A stretch of 33,328 bases of DNA, counting the filler, from Heteronotia binoei (taxonomy: Eukaryota), in assembly GCF_032191835.1 (NCBI RefSeq). It is 3 parts of 3 records of this genome, joined end to end, with 100 filler letters (N's around TTAATTAATTAA, not from the genome) between each part and the next. Parts side by side here need not be neighbours in the genome. Positions count along the whole stretch, not along the records: positions 21,590 to 33,328 come from NC_083229.1; 2 more parts are not named here. One strand, given 5' to 3'. Shown here in pieces: positions 32,728 through 33,328 of the stretch. The notes under the pieces were generated by a model, which was given only the letters and a program-made list of their open reading frames with translations, was not told where the DNA came from and searched no databases. The position numbers and the translations under genes are program-made. How positions within the stretch are numbered: the first letter of the stretch is position 1; every line of letters starts with the position of its first letter.

Positions 32728-32737
32728 TTAGGAGGTG
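32728..32737 (+). promoter_or_regulatory. Polypurine tract
   Basis: ttaggaggtg directly before the 3' LTR. Confidence 0.7.
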
Positions 32738-33135
32738 TGTTGGAGCAAGAATCTACATAAACCCAGTCTGACAGCTACAGTATGACAGCTGGTGATCTAG
32801 CTGCCAGGCTAGGTCACAGTGACCTGATCAGCAGACCGGCTTGAGCCGGCAGAAGCCAAGTGATGCAATCTGCTGAGTCAGCACGGCCAGGATTGGCTGC
32901 TTGGACTATATATGATCTGTGTGTGCATCACACAGGTCTCTCCCTGTGAGATGGTGGTTAGGCGAAGCACTTTGTCCGTGGAGGTGATATTGTATAGACT
33001 GCACAAGAGAGCACTTGTCGTGTATATATGTTAATACACCTTTTGGCACTAGTTGCACGCGTCTGCCTGATTTTCTTTCCTGAAGCCCTGTGTCGGGCAA
33101 GTCATCTCCCTCACTCTGCTACTCCCGCTCCGACA
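32738..33135 (+). repeat. Copia 3' LTR (398 bp)
   Basis: Matches 29417-29814 and is followed by the TSD gcgcc. Confidence 0.97.
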
Positions 33136-33328
33136 GCGCCGACCAGCCGAGGCCGCGGAGAGGCCGGCGCTGGTCCCTGGAGGCCCTCCAGAGACCAGCG
33201 GAGGCCCTCCCCAGCCTCTGCAGCCGCCGCCAGCCCCGCCAGCAGCACCAGCCGCCGAGGGAAGAGGCCACCACCCGCCCTGGATGAAGGTAAGCAGGGA
33301 GGGAGGGGGCCGAAAGCGGGGGGGTGGC

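Larger units (their letters stand above)
29417..33135 (+). mobile_element. Full-length non-autonomous Ty1/Copia LTR retrotransposon (3,719 bp)
   Basis: Two 398-bp LTRs (TG...CA), 5-bp TSD gcgcc at 29412-29416 and 33136-33140, PBS, PPT and a single gag-pr-int ORF. Confidence 0.97.

Overview
Vertebrate genomic DNA, most likely a squamate and probably a gecko (inferred from Squam2/Squam3-like and 5S-Sauria-like SINEs). The first 7.6 kb holds four complete internal coding exons of SDHA on the + strand (165, 149, 125 and 169 nt, splicing in frame). The 169-nt exon uses a GC donor. A fifth exon is cut after 12 nt by an assembly gap, and the rest of SDHA is not in the window. An SDHA intron carries a ~950-bp higher-order tandem array of palindromic GGAAGTGACGTCACTTCC (ETS-CRE-like) units. 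After the gaps come two CpG-island-like blocks, one with an internal inverted duplication, and a 66-codon terminal exon of an unidentified minus-strand gene. The rest is dense transposon sequence: SINEs, hAT MITEs with 8-bp TSDs, a fold-back element, and an L2 RT fragment interrupted by a chromodomain Gypsy. The most notable element is a complete 3,719-bp Copia LTR element with apparently identical LTRs, PBS, PPT and a 5-bp TSD. Its single open 886-aa ORF encodes Gag, protease and integrase but no RT or RNase H, and the integrase lacks its third catalytic residue. Three assembly gaps limit conclusions about contiguity.
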